In this document: piece after piece, positions 36,372 through 46,466 of the stretch
Layout: every line of letters begins with the position of its first letter
Numbering within the stretch: position 1 is the stretch's first letter
NCBI GenBank assembly: GCA_963662275.1
Contig: OY759316.1
Coordinates: forward strand, 4,160,001-4,224,000
From: Candidatus Cloacimonadales bacterium
GTDB taxonomy: Bacteria > Cloacimonadota > Cloacimonadia > Cloacimonadales > DAONDQ01
Direction: 5' to 3'
DNA: 64,000 bases
Notes under the pieces: generated by a model
Told to the model about the DNA's origin: nothing
Databases searched by the model: none
The model's input: only the letters and a program-made list of their open reading frames with translations
Made by a program: the position numbers and the translations under genes

Positions 36372-37709
36372 ATGGACCAGGATATTTGGCAGAATATACT
36401 CGATAAACTGGAAGAGCATATCAATCCACAGAGTTTCCGGACTTGGTTCAATGACACACGCCTGATCGATCTCATGGATAATGAGTTGAAGATCCGCGTT
36501 CCTACCCAGTTTGCTGCGAATTATTTAAATCAGAATTACACGGATATGCTTTCCGATATTTCCTATGGACTTTATAAGAAAAAATATAAGATTCGCTTTT
36601 CCTCACAAGTACATAAGAATACACGTTACAATGGTATCGGTGGAGAAGATAAAAATCCTTCCAATAACAAGATTATCCATTCAAAATTGAATGAGAGATA
36701 TACTTTTGAACAGTTCGTTGTTGGTAAGAACAACAATTTTGCCTATTCAGCAGCGCTGGGGGTTGCCGAATCTCCGGGAAATACTTATAACCCATTGTTT
36801 ATCTATGGTGAATCGGGAATGGGAAAAACGCACTTGATGCAGGCAATCGGTAATTTTCTCCTTACCGAAGGACGGAATACGACTATCTATTATACAACCT
36901 CAGAGGAATTTACGAATGAGATGATCGAATCCATCCGTTCGAACAGGATGTCGGAATTTCGCAGTAAATTTAGATCAGTCGATCTTTTATTAGTAGATGA
37001 TATCCATTTTCTTTCCAAAAAAGAAGGAACACAGGAAGAGTTTTTCCATACATTCAATGCCTTATCTGAACATAAAAAACAAATCATCCTGACCTCAGAC
37101 AGATCACCCAAGGATATTCCTGACTTGGAAAAAAGATTAGTCACCAGATTTGAAAGCGGATTATTGGCTGACTTGAAGAATCCGGATTTCGAGACACGTG
37201 TGGCAATTCTCAAGAAGAAAGCAGAACCGGAAAACTTATACTTGGATAATTCCGTAATCGAATTTATTGCTGAGCATATCACAAGCAGCGTCCGTGCACT
37301 TGAAGGTTCGTTGATCCGCATTCTTGCTTATGCTTCTTATAATAAGATTAACCCGGAGGAAATAGACGCTAACCTGGCACGTGAAGTACTGTCTGACATG
37401 ATCTCAGATAAGATCAGGGAAATAACGCTTGATAACATCATCCAGAAGGTATGTAATGCCTATGGTATTTCCATTGCACAAATGTTGGATAAGACACGTA
37501 AACAGAATATTGCTTTTCCGCGCCAGGTCTCAATGTACCTGGCAAACCTGTTGATTCCGCAGTTATCTCTCAAAGAGATAGCAGAATATTTCAAACGTAA
37601 AGACCATACTACAGTTCTTCATGCCAAAAAGCTGATTGAAAACCTCTTTCGAAATGACCAGGAATTACGTATTCAAATTGAAAAACTAATTAAAGAAATC
37701 AAAGGATAA
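36372..37709 (+). CDS. dnaA: Chromosomal replication initiator DnaA
   Basis: YTFEQFVVG, YNPLFIYGESGMGKTHL, LLVDDIHF, VRALEGSL, KDHTTVLHA. Confidence 0.98.
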   Translation: MDQDIWQNILDKLEEHINPQSFRTWFNDTRLIDLMDNELKIRVPTQFAANYLNQNYTDMLSDISYGLYKKKYKIRFSSQVHKNTRYNGIGGEDKNPSNNKIIHSKLNERYTFEQFVVGKNNNFAYSAALGVAESPGNTYNPLFIYGESGMGKTHLMQAIGNFLLTEGRNTTIYYTTSEEFTNEMIESIRSNRMSEFRSKFRSVDLLLVDDIHFLSKKEGTQEEFFHTFNALSEHKKQIILTSDRSPKDIPDLEKRLVTRFESGLLADLKNPDFETRVAILKKKAEPENLYLDNSVIEFIAEHITSSVRALEGSLIRILAYASYNKINPEEIDANLAREVLSDMISDKIREITLDNIIQKVCNAYGISIAQMLDKTRKQNIAFPRQVSMYLANLLIPQLSLKEIAEYFKRKDHTTVLHAKKLIENLFRNDQELRIQIEKLIKEIKG

Positions 37710-37744
37710 CATGACCGTAATAAGCAGCAATAACCTTAATAGAA

Positions 37745-37970
37745 GATACTTATACACAACATGTGCAATAATCATGTGTATAGCTGTTAATAACCATGAA
37801 CAATGGAACATCAGCAGAAAAAGTGTGCATAAGTTCATTCAGAACGCTCAGTTATCCACAAGTTATACACATGCCTTTATCAACTCTATCCTCATACTAA
37901 ATGGATGTTTAAAATGAATTTTTATAGTGGTTCCACATATACACAACCCCTACAACGACTACAAATTTAT
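37745..37970. other. oriC: Replication origin oriC (DnaA-box cluster with unwinding element)
   Basis: TTATACACA 37750-58, TGTGCATAA 37824-32, TTATCCACA 37852-60, TTATACACA 37863-71; tandem boxes GGTTCCACATATACACA 37929-45, then CCCC and TAC-AAC-GAC-TAC trios. Confidence 0.85.
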
Positions 37971-37996
37971 GTATGAATGAAAAAGGAATAAGAAGA

Positions 37997-39223
37997 ATGA
38001 ATATAGGAAAATCTCTCTCTCTGTTGTTACTGGTAACTCTTTTCTTTCTTGGCTGCACAACGAAAAAAAATCCTATCGGGACGGACTGGTCACATACAAG
38101 ACCTGCAGCAATAACGGATTCTTTAATAACAAATCAATTCAGCTATTTCACAGCAGCAAAAATAACTGGCGAAGAACAAAGACTGATTGTGGGAAAAAAC
38201 GAACAGAAAGAAGCTAAGGCACTCATACAGTTTACATCAATGCCTGAGAATATTTATCAAATCATAGGAACACCCTCCTTAAAACTTGTCGTGAATAGAA
38301 GTTTTACTTCCTTGCCTCTAACCTTGCATTTCGATAAAATTGTCCAGAACTGGTCTGAAAGCCAGGCTACCTGGACAAATGCGTATACAGATACAACCTG
38401 GCAGGCGACCTATATCAATACATCAGGGATATCTGATGTCCACGATATTCCGGATACCACAGAAGCCAGGGTAGATACACTAAACATAGAAATTCCAACT
38501 AATTCAATTCAAAACTGGAAGATTCCAACCATTAACGGATACTCATTACAGATTTCCACAGAAGATTCTAAATTTTTAGAAATACGTTCTTCCGAAACTC
38601 TGTATGCTCCGCAATTGGTTTTTAAATACAAGGCAACAGAATCAGACACAGTAACATATACTTATTCACGATATGCATCTTATGACACTTTTATACTTCA
38701 AGACCATGATACCCAAGTGACTTCAAATGATCTAATCCTACGTAGTATTTCACCCACAAGAATATTCATGAAATTCGATACTCCCAGGACATTATTCAAA
38801 TATAACGAAACAGACACAACTTCCTTGTCATCAATCGATTTTAAGCATATGACGATCAATAAAGCTGAACTTGTCCTGAAAGTGAAAGATAATCCCTATT
38901 TCGGTACTGATGCAACCTTCATGGCAACATTGTATCGGGTCAGAATTCCTGTCACAGAAGAAACTGTCCTGACCGATGATGATATGGAATTCATTTACTA
39001 TACACCGATTACGACAACTTCTCCAGGATTGGGATTTGTGAGTATGAATTTTACACCTTTGTTCCAAGCCTTTACTTCCGCTGAAAAACCAAACTATGGT
39101 GTCATTATCCGCTTATTAACGGAAAGTCAGGATTATGCAAAGGTTGAATTCTATGGGATAGCTGACCCTGATATTTCTAAAAGACCGAAGATCAACATTA
39201 TCTATACACCACCGGTGTTTTAG
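37997..39223 (+). CDS. Hypothetical lipoprotein with two DNRLRE-like beta-sandwich domains
   Basis: Lipobox FFLGC; ALIQF...WSESQATW...SSE...PQL, and IFMKFD...INKAEL...NYGVII...RPKINIIY. Confidence 0.7.
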   Translation: MNIGKSLSLLLLVTLFFLGCTTKKNPIGTDWSHTRPAAITDSLITNQFSYFTAAKITGEEQRLIVGKNEQKEAKALIQFTSMPENIYQIIGTPSLKLVVNRSFTSLPLTLHFDKIVQNWSESQATWTNAYTDTTWQATYINTSGISDVHDIPDTTEARVDTLNIEIPTNSIQNWKIPTINGYSLQISTEDSKFLEIRSSETLYAPQLVFKYKATESDTVTYTYSRYASYDTFILQDHDTQVTSNDLILRSISPTRIFMKFDTPRTLFKYNETDTTSLSSIDFKHMTINKAELVLKVKDNPYFGTDATFMATLYRVRIPVTEETVLTDDDMEFIYYTPITTTSPGLGFVSMNFTPLFQAFTSAEKPNYGVIIRLLTESQDYAKVEFYGIADPDISKRPKINIIYTPPVF

Positions 39224-39260
39224 AAGTGCGAAGTACGAAGTTCGAAGTGCGAAGTTGAAG
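39221..39260 (+). repeat. GAAGTNC heptamer array starting at a stop codon
   Basis: ta gaagtgc gaagtac gaagttc gaagtgc gaagtt gaag. Confidence 0.85.
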
Positions 39261-39285
39261 AGAAGAGATAAGATTTTGGAGTTTT

Positions 39286-39465
39286 CATGAATGCTAAGAG
39301 CCGGTTCATTGAGTGATTTCGACGAAGGAGAAATTGTATCGAAATGACCCAAGGTAACCTTATAAGGTTGTGCAATGTCGTCTCCTCGATAAAAATAGAT
39401 AAATCTGTTCTCTCGGAGAACTCAGTTTCATCCTCGATATCGAAAACTTGTTTTCAGAGAAATTC
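39286..39465 (+). repeat. Family A element
   Basis: Nearly identical to 10397-10575. Confidence 0.92.
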
Positions 39466-39503
39466 AAACATGATTCGTGTTTAAAGTTAGATTATTTGGA
39501 GAT

Positions 39504-40304
39504 ATGATGTCTAAGCTGCTGCTCCTTTTACTTGTGACAGTCATCCTTTTTGGATGCCAACATGCTGGAAAAGCCAGCATAGTTGCACAAGTGAATAACG
39601 AAACGTTATCTATGAGCGATTTTCAGTCGATGTTCAGCAAAACTGAATGGGATGAAATGAATATCGGGCAGAAAAGGGAATTCATTCATCAATGGATAGA
39701 TTTGACTTTATTAGCTCAAACAGCAAAAGAGATGAAACTGGAAAATAGCAACCAGGTACAGGAAAAGATAAAACTTGCCGAGAAAAAAGTACTTACAAAT
39801 GCAGTTATCGCGGAAAAGCTGAAATCCATCCAAGTTTCTGAAGAAGAGTTATTTAATTATTATCGGATTCATATGGGTGAATTCAACCAAGCTGGAAAGA
39901 TACTAAAAGTGCAGCGGATCTATTTACAGGACAGAACGAAAGTAGATGAAGTCATGGTTGAATTGAGAAAAGGGATGAATTTTGCCGATGCTGCGAAAGC
40001 TTATTCACAGGAAAGTTTGGGACAGAACGGAGGTTACGCAGGAATGGTCACAGTCAGTGATTCTGTAAAAACCTTCTGGAATGCCCTGCAGAACCTGAAG
40101 GTCTATGAGATCGCTATAATACCCGTTAATGAAGGTTATTATTTAGCACGGTCTTATGAAGAAACATTAGGAACAGGAACTCCTACCTTTGATACACTTC
40201 GCGAAGAAATCAGACAAAGGGTTTTAAAGGAAAAAAGACAGCAGATCTATGATGACCTGCTGCGTAATTTGAAAAGTAAAGCAGATATAACGATCAGTAT
40301 CTAG
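39504..40304 (+). CDS. PpiC/parvulin-type peptidyl-prolyl isomerase lipoprotein
   Basis: Lipobox LFGC; VAQVNNE; FADAAKAYS..SLGQNGG. Confidence 0.85.
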   Translation: MMSKLLLLLLVTVILFGCQHAGKASIVAQVNNETLSMSDFQSMFSKTEWDEMNIGQKREFIHQWIDLTLLAQTAKEMKLENSNQVQEKIKLAEKKVLTNAVIAEKLKSIQVSEEELFNYYRIHMGEFNQAGKILKVQRIYLQDRTKVDEVMVELRKGMNFADAAKAYSQESLGQNGGYAGMVTVSDSVKTFWNALQNLKVYEIAIIPVNEGYYLARSYEETLGTGTPTFDTLREEIRQRVLKEKRQQIYDDLLRNLKSKADITISI

Positions 40305-40356
40305 AAAAATGTATTGGTGTGCGGAATTAAAACATGTTCTTAATCCTGTCTGATTT

Positions 40357-40392
40357 CCCTCCCTTTGGATAAAGGGAGGGATTAAGGGAGAG
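40357..40392. repeat. Palindromic REP-like hairpin
   Basis: CCCTCCCTTT-GGAT-AAAGGGAGGG followed by attaagggagag. Confidence 0.6.
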
Positions 40393-40418
40393 TTTGATTC
40401 TGCGACTGTGGATATTTA

Positions 40419-40606
40419 CATGAAAGCTAAGAGTTTGGAGTTCAAATGCCCTAAACAAATTATCATTGAATACTTGACTAAAAGGGTATTCGGACTTCAA
40501 ACCCGACCTTTTATCGTCGATAGCGAAAACCTGTTTTCAGGGAAGTACAAACCTGATTTGCTTGAAGTTGAATATAACTGTCGATTTTGAACTCCAAACT
40601 CTTAGC
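40419..40606 (+). repeat. Family A variant with different interior, bounded by a perfect 21-bp inverted repeat
   Basis: GCTAAGAGTTTGGAGTTCAAA 40426-40446 / TTTGAACTCCAAACTCTTAGC 40586-40606; tail TAGCGAAAACCTGTTTTCAGGGAAG at 40521-40545. Confidence 0.8.
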
Positions 40607-40644
40607 CAGTTAGTCTTGAAATAAGATTTTAAGAAGGAATAAAG

Positions 40645-41907
40645 ATGAGAAAAACACGTTTTATCATACTCTTGGCAATGTTAATCACATGTTGCCTCCA
40701 AGCAGAAGTGATGGACCGAATCGTAGCAAAAGTTGGTGATGAGATTATTCTTTATAGCGATTTGCAAAAGCAAATGGCACAAATGAAAAATGCCAAAATG
40801 CTAAATGAAAACGAGACGGAAAAGGATGTTTTAACCGAAATGGTAGAATCCCGCTTAGTCATTCAGAAAGCCAGGGAATTGAATTACCAGGTGGATGAAG
40901 ATCGCATCAAAACCATGGTAGATAAGCAAATGAAAGGGATCCAGGCAAATTTTAAAACAGAAGAAGCCTTCTATTCTGAATTACGTAAAACACATCTTAC
41001 AAAATCTGAATTAATGAAGTATTTTAGCGATCTTTATACAGAACAAATGCTCAAGGAACAGATCATAGATAGCCAGATTAAAAGAAAAGTGAAAATATCC
41101 GATGCTGAAGTGGAGGATTATTTTCGTGAACATAAGACAGATTTTCCGATGCGACCTCTCATGTATCAGATTGGCATGATCATGAGACAATTTCATGTGA
41201 GCAAGGCAACGAAAGACCAGAAAAAAGCTGAAATACAGGATATTCTTTCCAAGTTACGAAAAGGTGATGATTTTGCAGAAAAAGCAAGGAAATTCAGTGA
41301 AGATCCAGGGAGTGCGGAAAATGGAGGAGATCTAGGTTTTGTCAGCAGGGGAATGATGGTCAAACCATTCGAAGATGCTGCATTCAGTCTTAAACCAGGT
41401 GAAATCAGCGGGATTGTTGAAACGCAGTTTGGTTATCATATAATAAAAATGGAAGAAAAGAATGGAGAAGAAATTAAAATCAGCCATATCCTGAAGATGT
41501 TAGTTCCTGATCATACAGATTCCCTAGCCACAAGAGAATTGATGGATACAGTACTTGCCCGCTTAAAAGGGGGGGAATCCTTTACGGAATTAGCAAAGAA
41601 ATATTCGGAAGATGATTCCTCTGCCGTGAATGGCGGTATCATCGGAGAGTTTAATGATGATAACTATCCGGATATGTTCAAAACGATCCTCAGCGCCTTA
41701 CCTCTCGGTCAATATTCCGATGTGATAGATAACGGTGATATGTTATATATATTTGGAAAGTTGAAGGAATTGCCTTCCCGAGTCTATACATATTCGGAAA
41801 TCAAACCACAGTTGACAGAATATGTCACTTCACAGAAACAGTTGAAATTGTATCAGCAATGGATTGACCAACTGAAGAAAGATATTTACACGGAAATACT
41901 TCTCTAA
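40645..41907 (+). CDS. surA: SurA-like chaperone with two parvulin domains
   Basis: DRIVAKVGDEIILYSD; FSEDPGSAENGGDLG...ETQFGYHII; second PPIase domain. Confidence 0.85.
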   Translation: MRKTRFIILLAMLITCCLQAEVMDRIVAKVGDEIILYSDLQKQMAQMKNAKMLNENETEKDVLTEMVESRLVIQKARELNYQVDEDRIKTMVDKQMKGIQANFKTEEAFYSELRKTHLTKSELMKYFSDLYTEQMLKEQIIDSQIKRKVKISDAEVEDYFREHKTDFPMRPLMYQIGMIMRQFHVSKATKDQKKAEIQDILSKLRKGDDFAEKARKFSEDPGSAENGGDLGFVSRGMMVKPFEDAAFSLKPGEISGIVETQFGYHIIKMEEKNGEEIKISHILKMLVPDHTDSLATRELMDTVLARLKGGESFTELAKKYSEDDSSAVNGGIIGEFNDDNYPDMFKTILSALPLGQYSDVIDNGDMLYIFGKLKELPSRVYTYSEIKPQLTEYVTSQKQLKLYQQWIDQLKKDIYTEILL

Positions 41908-42447
41908 ATGAATTTCAAACAAGTTACAGTGAATGGTCTGGCTACCCTGGGTGTAGGATATATACCCTTTGCTCCCGGAACATTTGGTTCCTTATTGGGC
42001 TTGCTAATTTGGATATTGATACCGGATAAATGGATTGGATTAACATGGAAAATTTATCTGCCAACGCTCAATATAGTGCCGAACATTCATGATTACCTGG
42101 TTTATTCAATCGCTTTGGGAATTACATTAATTTTTTCCCTGGCAGCAGTTTGGATCACGAGTAAAGCTGAAAAGAACCTTGGACATGACAGTCCAAAGAT
42201 CATCTTGGATGAAGTATGTGGTATGTGGCTCAGCGTCATGTTTCTTCCTCGGACCTGGATGCTTTATATATATGCATTTGTCCTGTTCAGAGTCTTTGAC
42301 ATTAGTAAACCTTATCCGGTCAACGAAATACAAAAACTGCCGGCAGGATGGGGAATTGTAGCAGACGACTTGACAGCAGCGATATATGTGAATCTTTTGC
42401 TCCAGATTTTACTTCACCTAAAACCATCTTTTTTTTTCCTGCTCTAA
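41908..42447 (+). CDS. pgpA: Phosphatidylglycerophosphatase A
   Basis: PFAPGTFGS, HDSPKIILDEVCG, FRVFDISKP, DDLTAA. Confidence 0.93.
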   Translation: MNFKQVTVNGLATLGVGYIPFAPGTFGSLLGLLIWILIPDKWIGLTWKIYLPTLNIVPNIHDYLVYSIALGITLIFSLAAVWITSKAEKNLGHDSPKIILDEVCGMWLSVMFLPRTWMLYIYAFVLFRVFDISKPYPVNEIQKLPAGWGIVADDLTAAIYVNLLLQILLHLKPSFFFLL

Positions 42448-42586
42448 GAATCAGGGAAAATTAAGATTGAATCAATAAATAAACACTCAAAAACATGCAG
42501 AACAGGAATTGCATGATATGTTGAAAGGAAAGAATTAGTCTTTCAAAAAGTACCCTCTGAAGTGGACGGTACAAAGGAGAACGAAA

Positions 42587-42940
42587 ATGTTATATACAAT
42601 AATTGCAATGGCAACACAGCCCGCAGCAGCAGGTGCTAAAAGTGGCGGTGCTGGCGGACTCATGGGGATGATTCCGTTTATTCTGATGATTCTTGTTTTC
42701 TGGTTATTGATCATCCGTCCCCAAGCGAAAAAACAAAAAGAATTGACTGCGATGCTATCCACGTTAAAAGAAGATGACAAAGTAATTACAACAAGTGGTA
42801 TCTATGGAAAAGTTTTTTCCATATTGCCAGATAAAGATATTGTCGTAGTTGAGATTGATGAAACCAACAAAGTTCGTGTTAGATTCCAACGCGGAGCGAT
42901 AGCAACCATCCTTCCGAGAAAGGACAACCAAGAGGATTAA
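42587..42940 (+). CDS. yajC: Preprotein translocase subunit YajC
   Basis: FWLLIIRPQAKKQKE, DKVITTSGIYG. Confidence 0.93.
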   Translation: MLYTIIAMATQPAAAGAKSGGAGGLMGMIPFILMILVFWLLIIRPQAKKQKELTAMLSTLKEDDKVITTSGIYGKVFSILPDKDIVVVEIDETNKVRVRFQRGAIATILPRKDNQED

Positions 42941-42949
42941 TCCAGCTTT

Positions 42950-43495
42950 ATGAAATCAAAGATGCTTCGGATTCGTCTTGTCGGAGACCCAATTCTAAAG
43001 AAAATAGCTGAACCTGTCAGGGAAATTACACCTGAACTAAAAGCCTTTATCAAAGATCTTACTTTCACGATGTATGAAACAGATGGTGTTGGTCTTGCAG
43101 CACCCCAGGTTGGTCTTTCGCAAAGAATATTTGTAATTGATACTACGTGGACTCAGGATGATGGAAAAAAAGAAGCATTTGTCCTGATCAATCCGGTCAT
43201 TCGAGAAAGCTTTGGTGAACTGCTTTATGAAGAGGGATGCTTAAGTGTTCCCGGTATCTTTGAAAAAGTACGCCGATATAATTCAATTATCATAGAATAT
43301 ACGGATGTAAAAGGTGAACTATGTCGTATAGAAGCAGAAGGAACACGTGCCGTCGTGTTGCAGCATGAATATGACCATTTGGAAGGTATTCTGTTTATCG
43401 ATAGGCTTCCAAAATTAAAGCTTTGGCCTTTAAAAAAGAAAATCAGACAATTTGAAAACATGATCGATAAAGATGGTAACAACTTTCGACCCTAA
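42950..43495 (+). CDS. def: Peptide deformylase
   Basis: GVGLAAPQVG, EGCLSVP, QHEYDHLEG. Confidence 0.97.
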   Translation: MKSKMLRIRLVGDPILKKIAEPVREITPELKAFIKDLTFTMYETDGVGLAAPQVGLSQRIFVIDTTWTQDDGKKEAFVLINPVIRESFGELLYEEGCLSVPGIFEKVRRYNSIIIEYTDVKGELCRIEAEGTRAVVLQHEYDHLEGILFIDRLPKLKLWPLKKKIRQFENMIDKDGNNFRP

Positions 43496-44438
43496 ATCAA
43501 TCAAGTCACTCATATTTATGGGGACTCCCCTTTTTGCTGCCTATTCCCTGCAATCTTTAAATGATTCAGGATTTAAGCCTATTTTAGTCATCACACAACC
43601 CGATTCAGCCCAGGGAAGAAATTTACGTTTAACACCACCACCGGTTAAAGTTCGTGCCTTAGAGATGGGGATTGATGTCCTTCAGCCTGAAGATATCAAT
43701 GCAGAAGCTGTATTGAATATTCTGACACACCTTTCACCGGATATTATTGTAACCACAGCTTATGGTGGTTATATTGGAAAACAAATAAGATTGCTGCCTA
43801 AATTTGGATGTATTAATCTGCATCCATCCATGTTACCGAAGTATCGTGGTTCTTCACCCATTCGTACCGCATTATTAAATGGCGATAGTATAACCGGAAA
43901 TACAATTTATCGTCTGACCTCCAAAATCGATGCTGGACCGATCTATCTCCAGGAAACGATTCAAATCACAGCAGAACATAACTTATCTCTTCTTGAGCAT
44001 GATTTGGCTGTCCAGGGGGCAAATTTATTAGTGAAAGCTTTAAGACAGATTGCTAATAATTCCATTTGTGAACAACCCCAGGATAATGATTTAGCAACTT
44101 ACACAAAGAAGCTTGCCAGTGAAGATCAAAAAATTGATTGGAACTATACAGCCAAAGAGATTTATCATCAGATTCAGTCTCTTTCTTTTGAACCTGGAGC
44201 TATCACTTCATTTAGAGGGAAGCCAATCAAAATTCTAGCTGCTAAAGTAAGTGAAATTACTTCCAATGCCTCTCCCGGTATTGTTAGGTCAATTGAGAAA
44301 CACCAAGGAATCCTAGTTTCTACAAAAGATTATGATTTACTGATTACATGTGTTCAGCCTACAGGAAAGAAAATCATGGATGCATACACTTTTCATATCG
44401 GTGCCAGGATCGAAAAAGGAGAACAAATTGGTTTCTGA
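43473..44438 (+). CDS. fmt: Methionyl-tRNA formyltransferase
   Basis: FMGTP.FA, TQPD, INLHPSMLPKYRGSSP, DAGPI; follows def. Confidence 0.95.
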   Translation: MVTTFDPKSIKSLIFMGTPLFAAYSLQSLNDSGFKPILVITQPDSAQGRNLRLTPPPVKVRALEMGIDVLQPEDINAEAVLNILTHLSPDIIVTTAYGGYIGKQIRLLPKFGCINLHPSMLPKYRGSSPIRTALLNGDSITGNTIYRLTSKIDAGPIYLQETIQITAEHNLSLLEHDLAVQGANLLVKALRQIANNSICEQPQDNDLATYTKKLASEDQKIDWNYTAKEIYHQIQSLSFEPGAITSFRGKPIKILAAKVSEITSNASPGIVRSIEKHQGILVSTKDYDLLITCVQPTGKKIMDAYTFHIGARIEKGEQIGF

Positions 44439-45192
44439 ACGCATCTTTGGTAGAAAATCTGATTTCTTGTTATTAACAACTTTATCGTTTGGCATCTGTC
44501 TATTGGTTTGGGAAGTGCTTTGGTGGCTAGTATCACCTCGCTTTCATCATTTGTATATTAACCTGCATCTGGTGATGAACAGCCTGGTACAAAGCTGTGC
44601 ACTCATCTTTGTATTATCTTTTCTATTACTGATCATTCATGTATTAGCTGAAAGAATTACAATTCTTGGCTTTTATACGCGATGGTTTTTTTTACATACT
44701 TATCCTATTGCATATCGTCTAGGCAGATTATTTGGTTTGAAAAAAGAAAGATTAAGTATCACTTTTATCATGGTTAATAATATCCTGGTTAGTAAGATAA
44801 AAAAAAAATACGAATCAGAAGACATGATGATACTTCTACCGCATTGCCTGCAAAAACAGAAATGCAATCTTAGAATCCAGAATGAAATTGATAACTGTAA
44901 AGCCTGCGGAGCTTGTAACCTCACGGAATTCAAGCAATTAACCAAAGAAACTATGATCGGTGTCCATGTGGCAACAGGTGGAACTTTGGCTAGACGTATC
45001 ATTTCGAGTAACAAGCCCCTATTTATCATCGCTGTTGCTTGTCACAGGGACTTGGTTGATGGGATTGTAGAAGCTTATCCGATTCCTGTTTATGGGATTT
45101 TGAATGAAAGACCGGAAGGACCCTGTATCAATACAATCGTTGATATGGATCTGGTAAGAAAGGCCGTTAATTATTTTCGAAAAGGACAGTAG
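44428..45192 (+). CDS. DUF116 family membrane protein
   Basis: LLPHCLQ..C...C..CG.C, VATGGTLAR, AVAC.RDL..G, GPCINT; TTG start after AAGGAG. Confidence 0.85.
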   Translation: MVSERIFGRKSDFLLLTTLSFGICLLVWEVLWWLVSPRFHHLYINLHLVMNSLVQSCALIFVLSFLLLIIHVLAERITILGFYTRWFFLHTYPIAYRLGRLFGLKKERLSITFIMVNNILVSKIKKKYESEDMMILLPHCLQKQKCNLRIQNEIDNCKACGACNLTEFKQLTKETMIGVHVATGGTLARRIISSNKPLFIIAVACHRDLVDGIVEAYPIPVYGILNERPEGPCINTIVDMDLVRKAVNYFRKGQ

Positions 45193-45305
45193 GGATTTAT
45201 GGCTTTAAATATGTTTACGAATTCATTAATATTTTGAACAATGCGTGTATACGACCGCAAATATCTATGTAGCAGAACTCACTTATAAACAAAAAAAAGA
45301 GGATT

Positions 45306-46466
45306 ATGATGAAAAAGGGACATATCTTTCTGCTCTTATTCTTCGTGTTGATTGTGAATACATTGATCAGCATTATCATCAATGAATCAAAGGATCAGGA
45401 CAAGGATTCTAATGGTTTTTTTACGACTTCTACACAAAAGCGAAATGAAGATAACATCAATCTCTCAACATCTCGCAGGAACTCCATCACAGAGGCAGTG
45501 AATTTGATCGAACCTGCAGTCGTTAGCGTAAATGTATTCAAGACACAGATCGTCAGGAACGGGAATAATTTTTTTGGAGATCCTTTCTTTGGATTTTATA
45601 ATATGCCTCCGATGAAACAGCAGGTACAGAGCATAGGTAGTGGAGTAATCATCAATAAAGATGGTTATATTGCGACAAATGGACATGTTGTTGAGGGTGC
45701 TTCCCAGATTAAAGTAGTTTTATCAGATGGCAGGGAATTTGATGCGAAATTAATTGGCATTGATAAAGGACATGATATTGCAGTGATCCAAATTAAAGGA
45801 GAAAAATTGCCATTTGCTATCATGGGTTCTTCTGATGATCTAATTATTGGTGAATGGGCAATTGCCTTGGGAAATCCATACGGCTATCTCATGGGAGATG
45901 CAAAACCCAGTGTTTCTGTTGGTGTAATTTCTGCCTCAAACCGTAACTTTGCAGGCAGGCAGGATGGAATCGCTTACAAAGGTATGATTCAAACAGATGC
46001 CCCCATTAATCCAGGTAATAGCGGTGGTCCCTTGGTTAATATTTATGGTGAAGTGATAGGACTTAATACATTCATTTTTTCAGAGAGTGGAGGAAGTGTT
46101 GGTATCGGATTTGCCATCCCTGTAGATCGAGTAAAAAGAGTAGTTTCTGAATTGATTAAAAACGGTAAAATTCAAGAAATAAACTATGGTTTCAAGGTGC
46201 AGGATATGAATCCAAACCTGGCAAAATACTTGAATACAGCCGACCAGGATGGTGTTGTCGTTGCTCAGATTGATCCAAAAGGTCCTGCATCTGAAGCAGG
46301 ATTACAGTTAAAAGATATAATCATCAGCATTAACGATTATCGCACGAAAAACTCAAATGATATCCAACTGGCAATAGCTGATATTTTTCCAGGGGATAAC
46401 ATTGCAATCCAAGTGGAGCGCAAAGGGAAGAAGATAATTCTGAATATGAAAGCAGTCGCTTTATAG
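45306..46466 (+). CDS. HtrA/DegP-family serine protease with one PDZ domain
   Basis: GSGVII..TNGHVV, DIAVI, QTDAPINPGNSGGPL. Confidence 0.93.
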   Translation: MMKKGHIFLLLFFVLIVNTLISIIINESKDQDKDSNGFFTTSTQKRNEDNINLSTSRRNSITEAVNLIEPAVVSVNVFKTQIVRNGNNFFGDPFFGFYNMPPMKQQVQSIGSGVIINKDGYIATNGHVVEGASQIKVVLSDGREFDAKLIGIDKGHDIAVIQIKGEKLPFAIMGSSDDLIIGEWAIALGNPYGYLMGDAKPSVSVGVISASNRNFAGRQDGIAYKGMIQTDAPINPGNSGGPLVNIYGEVIGLNTFIFSESGGSVGIGFAIPVDRVKRVVSELIKNGKIQEINYGFKVQDMNPNLAKYLNTADQDGVVVAQIDPKGPASEAGLQLKDIIISINDYRTKNSNDIQLAIADIFPGDNIAIQVERKGKKIILNMKAVAL

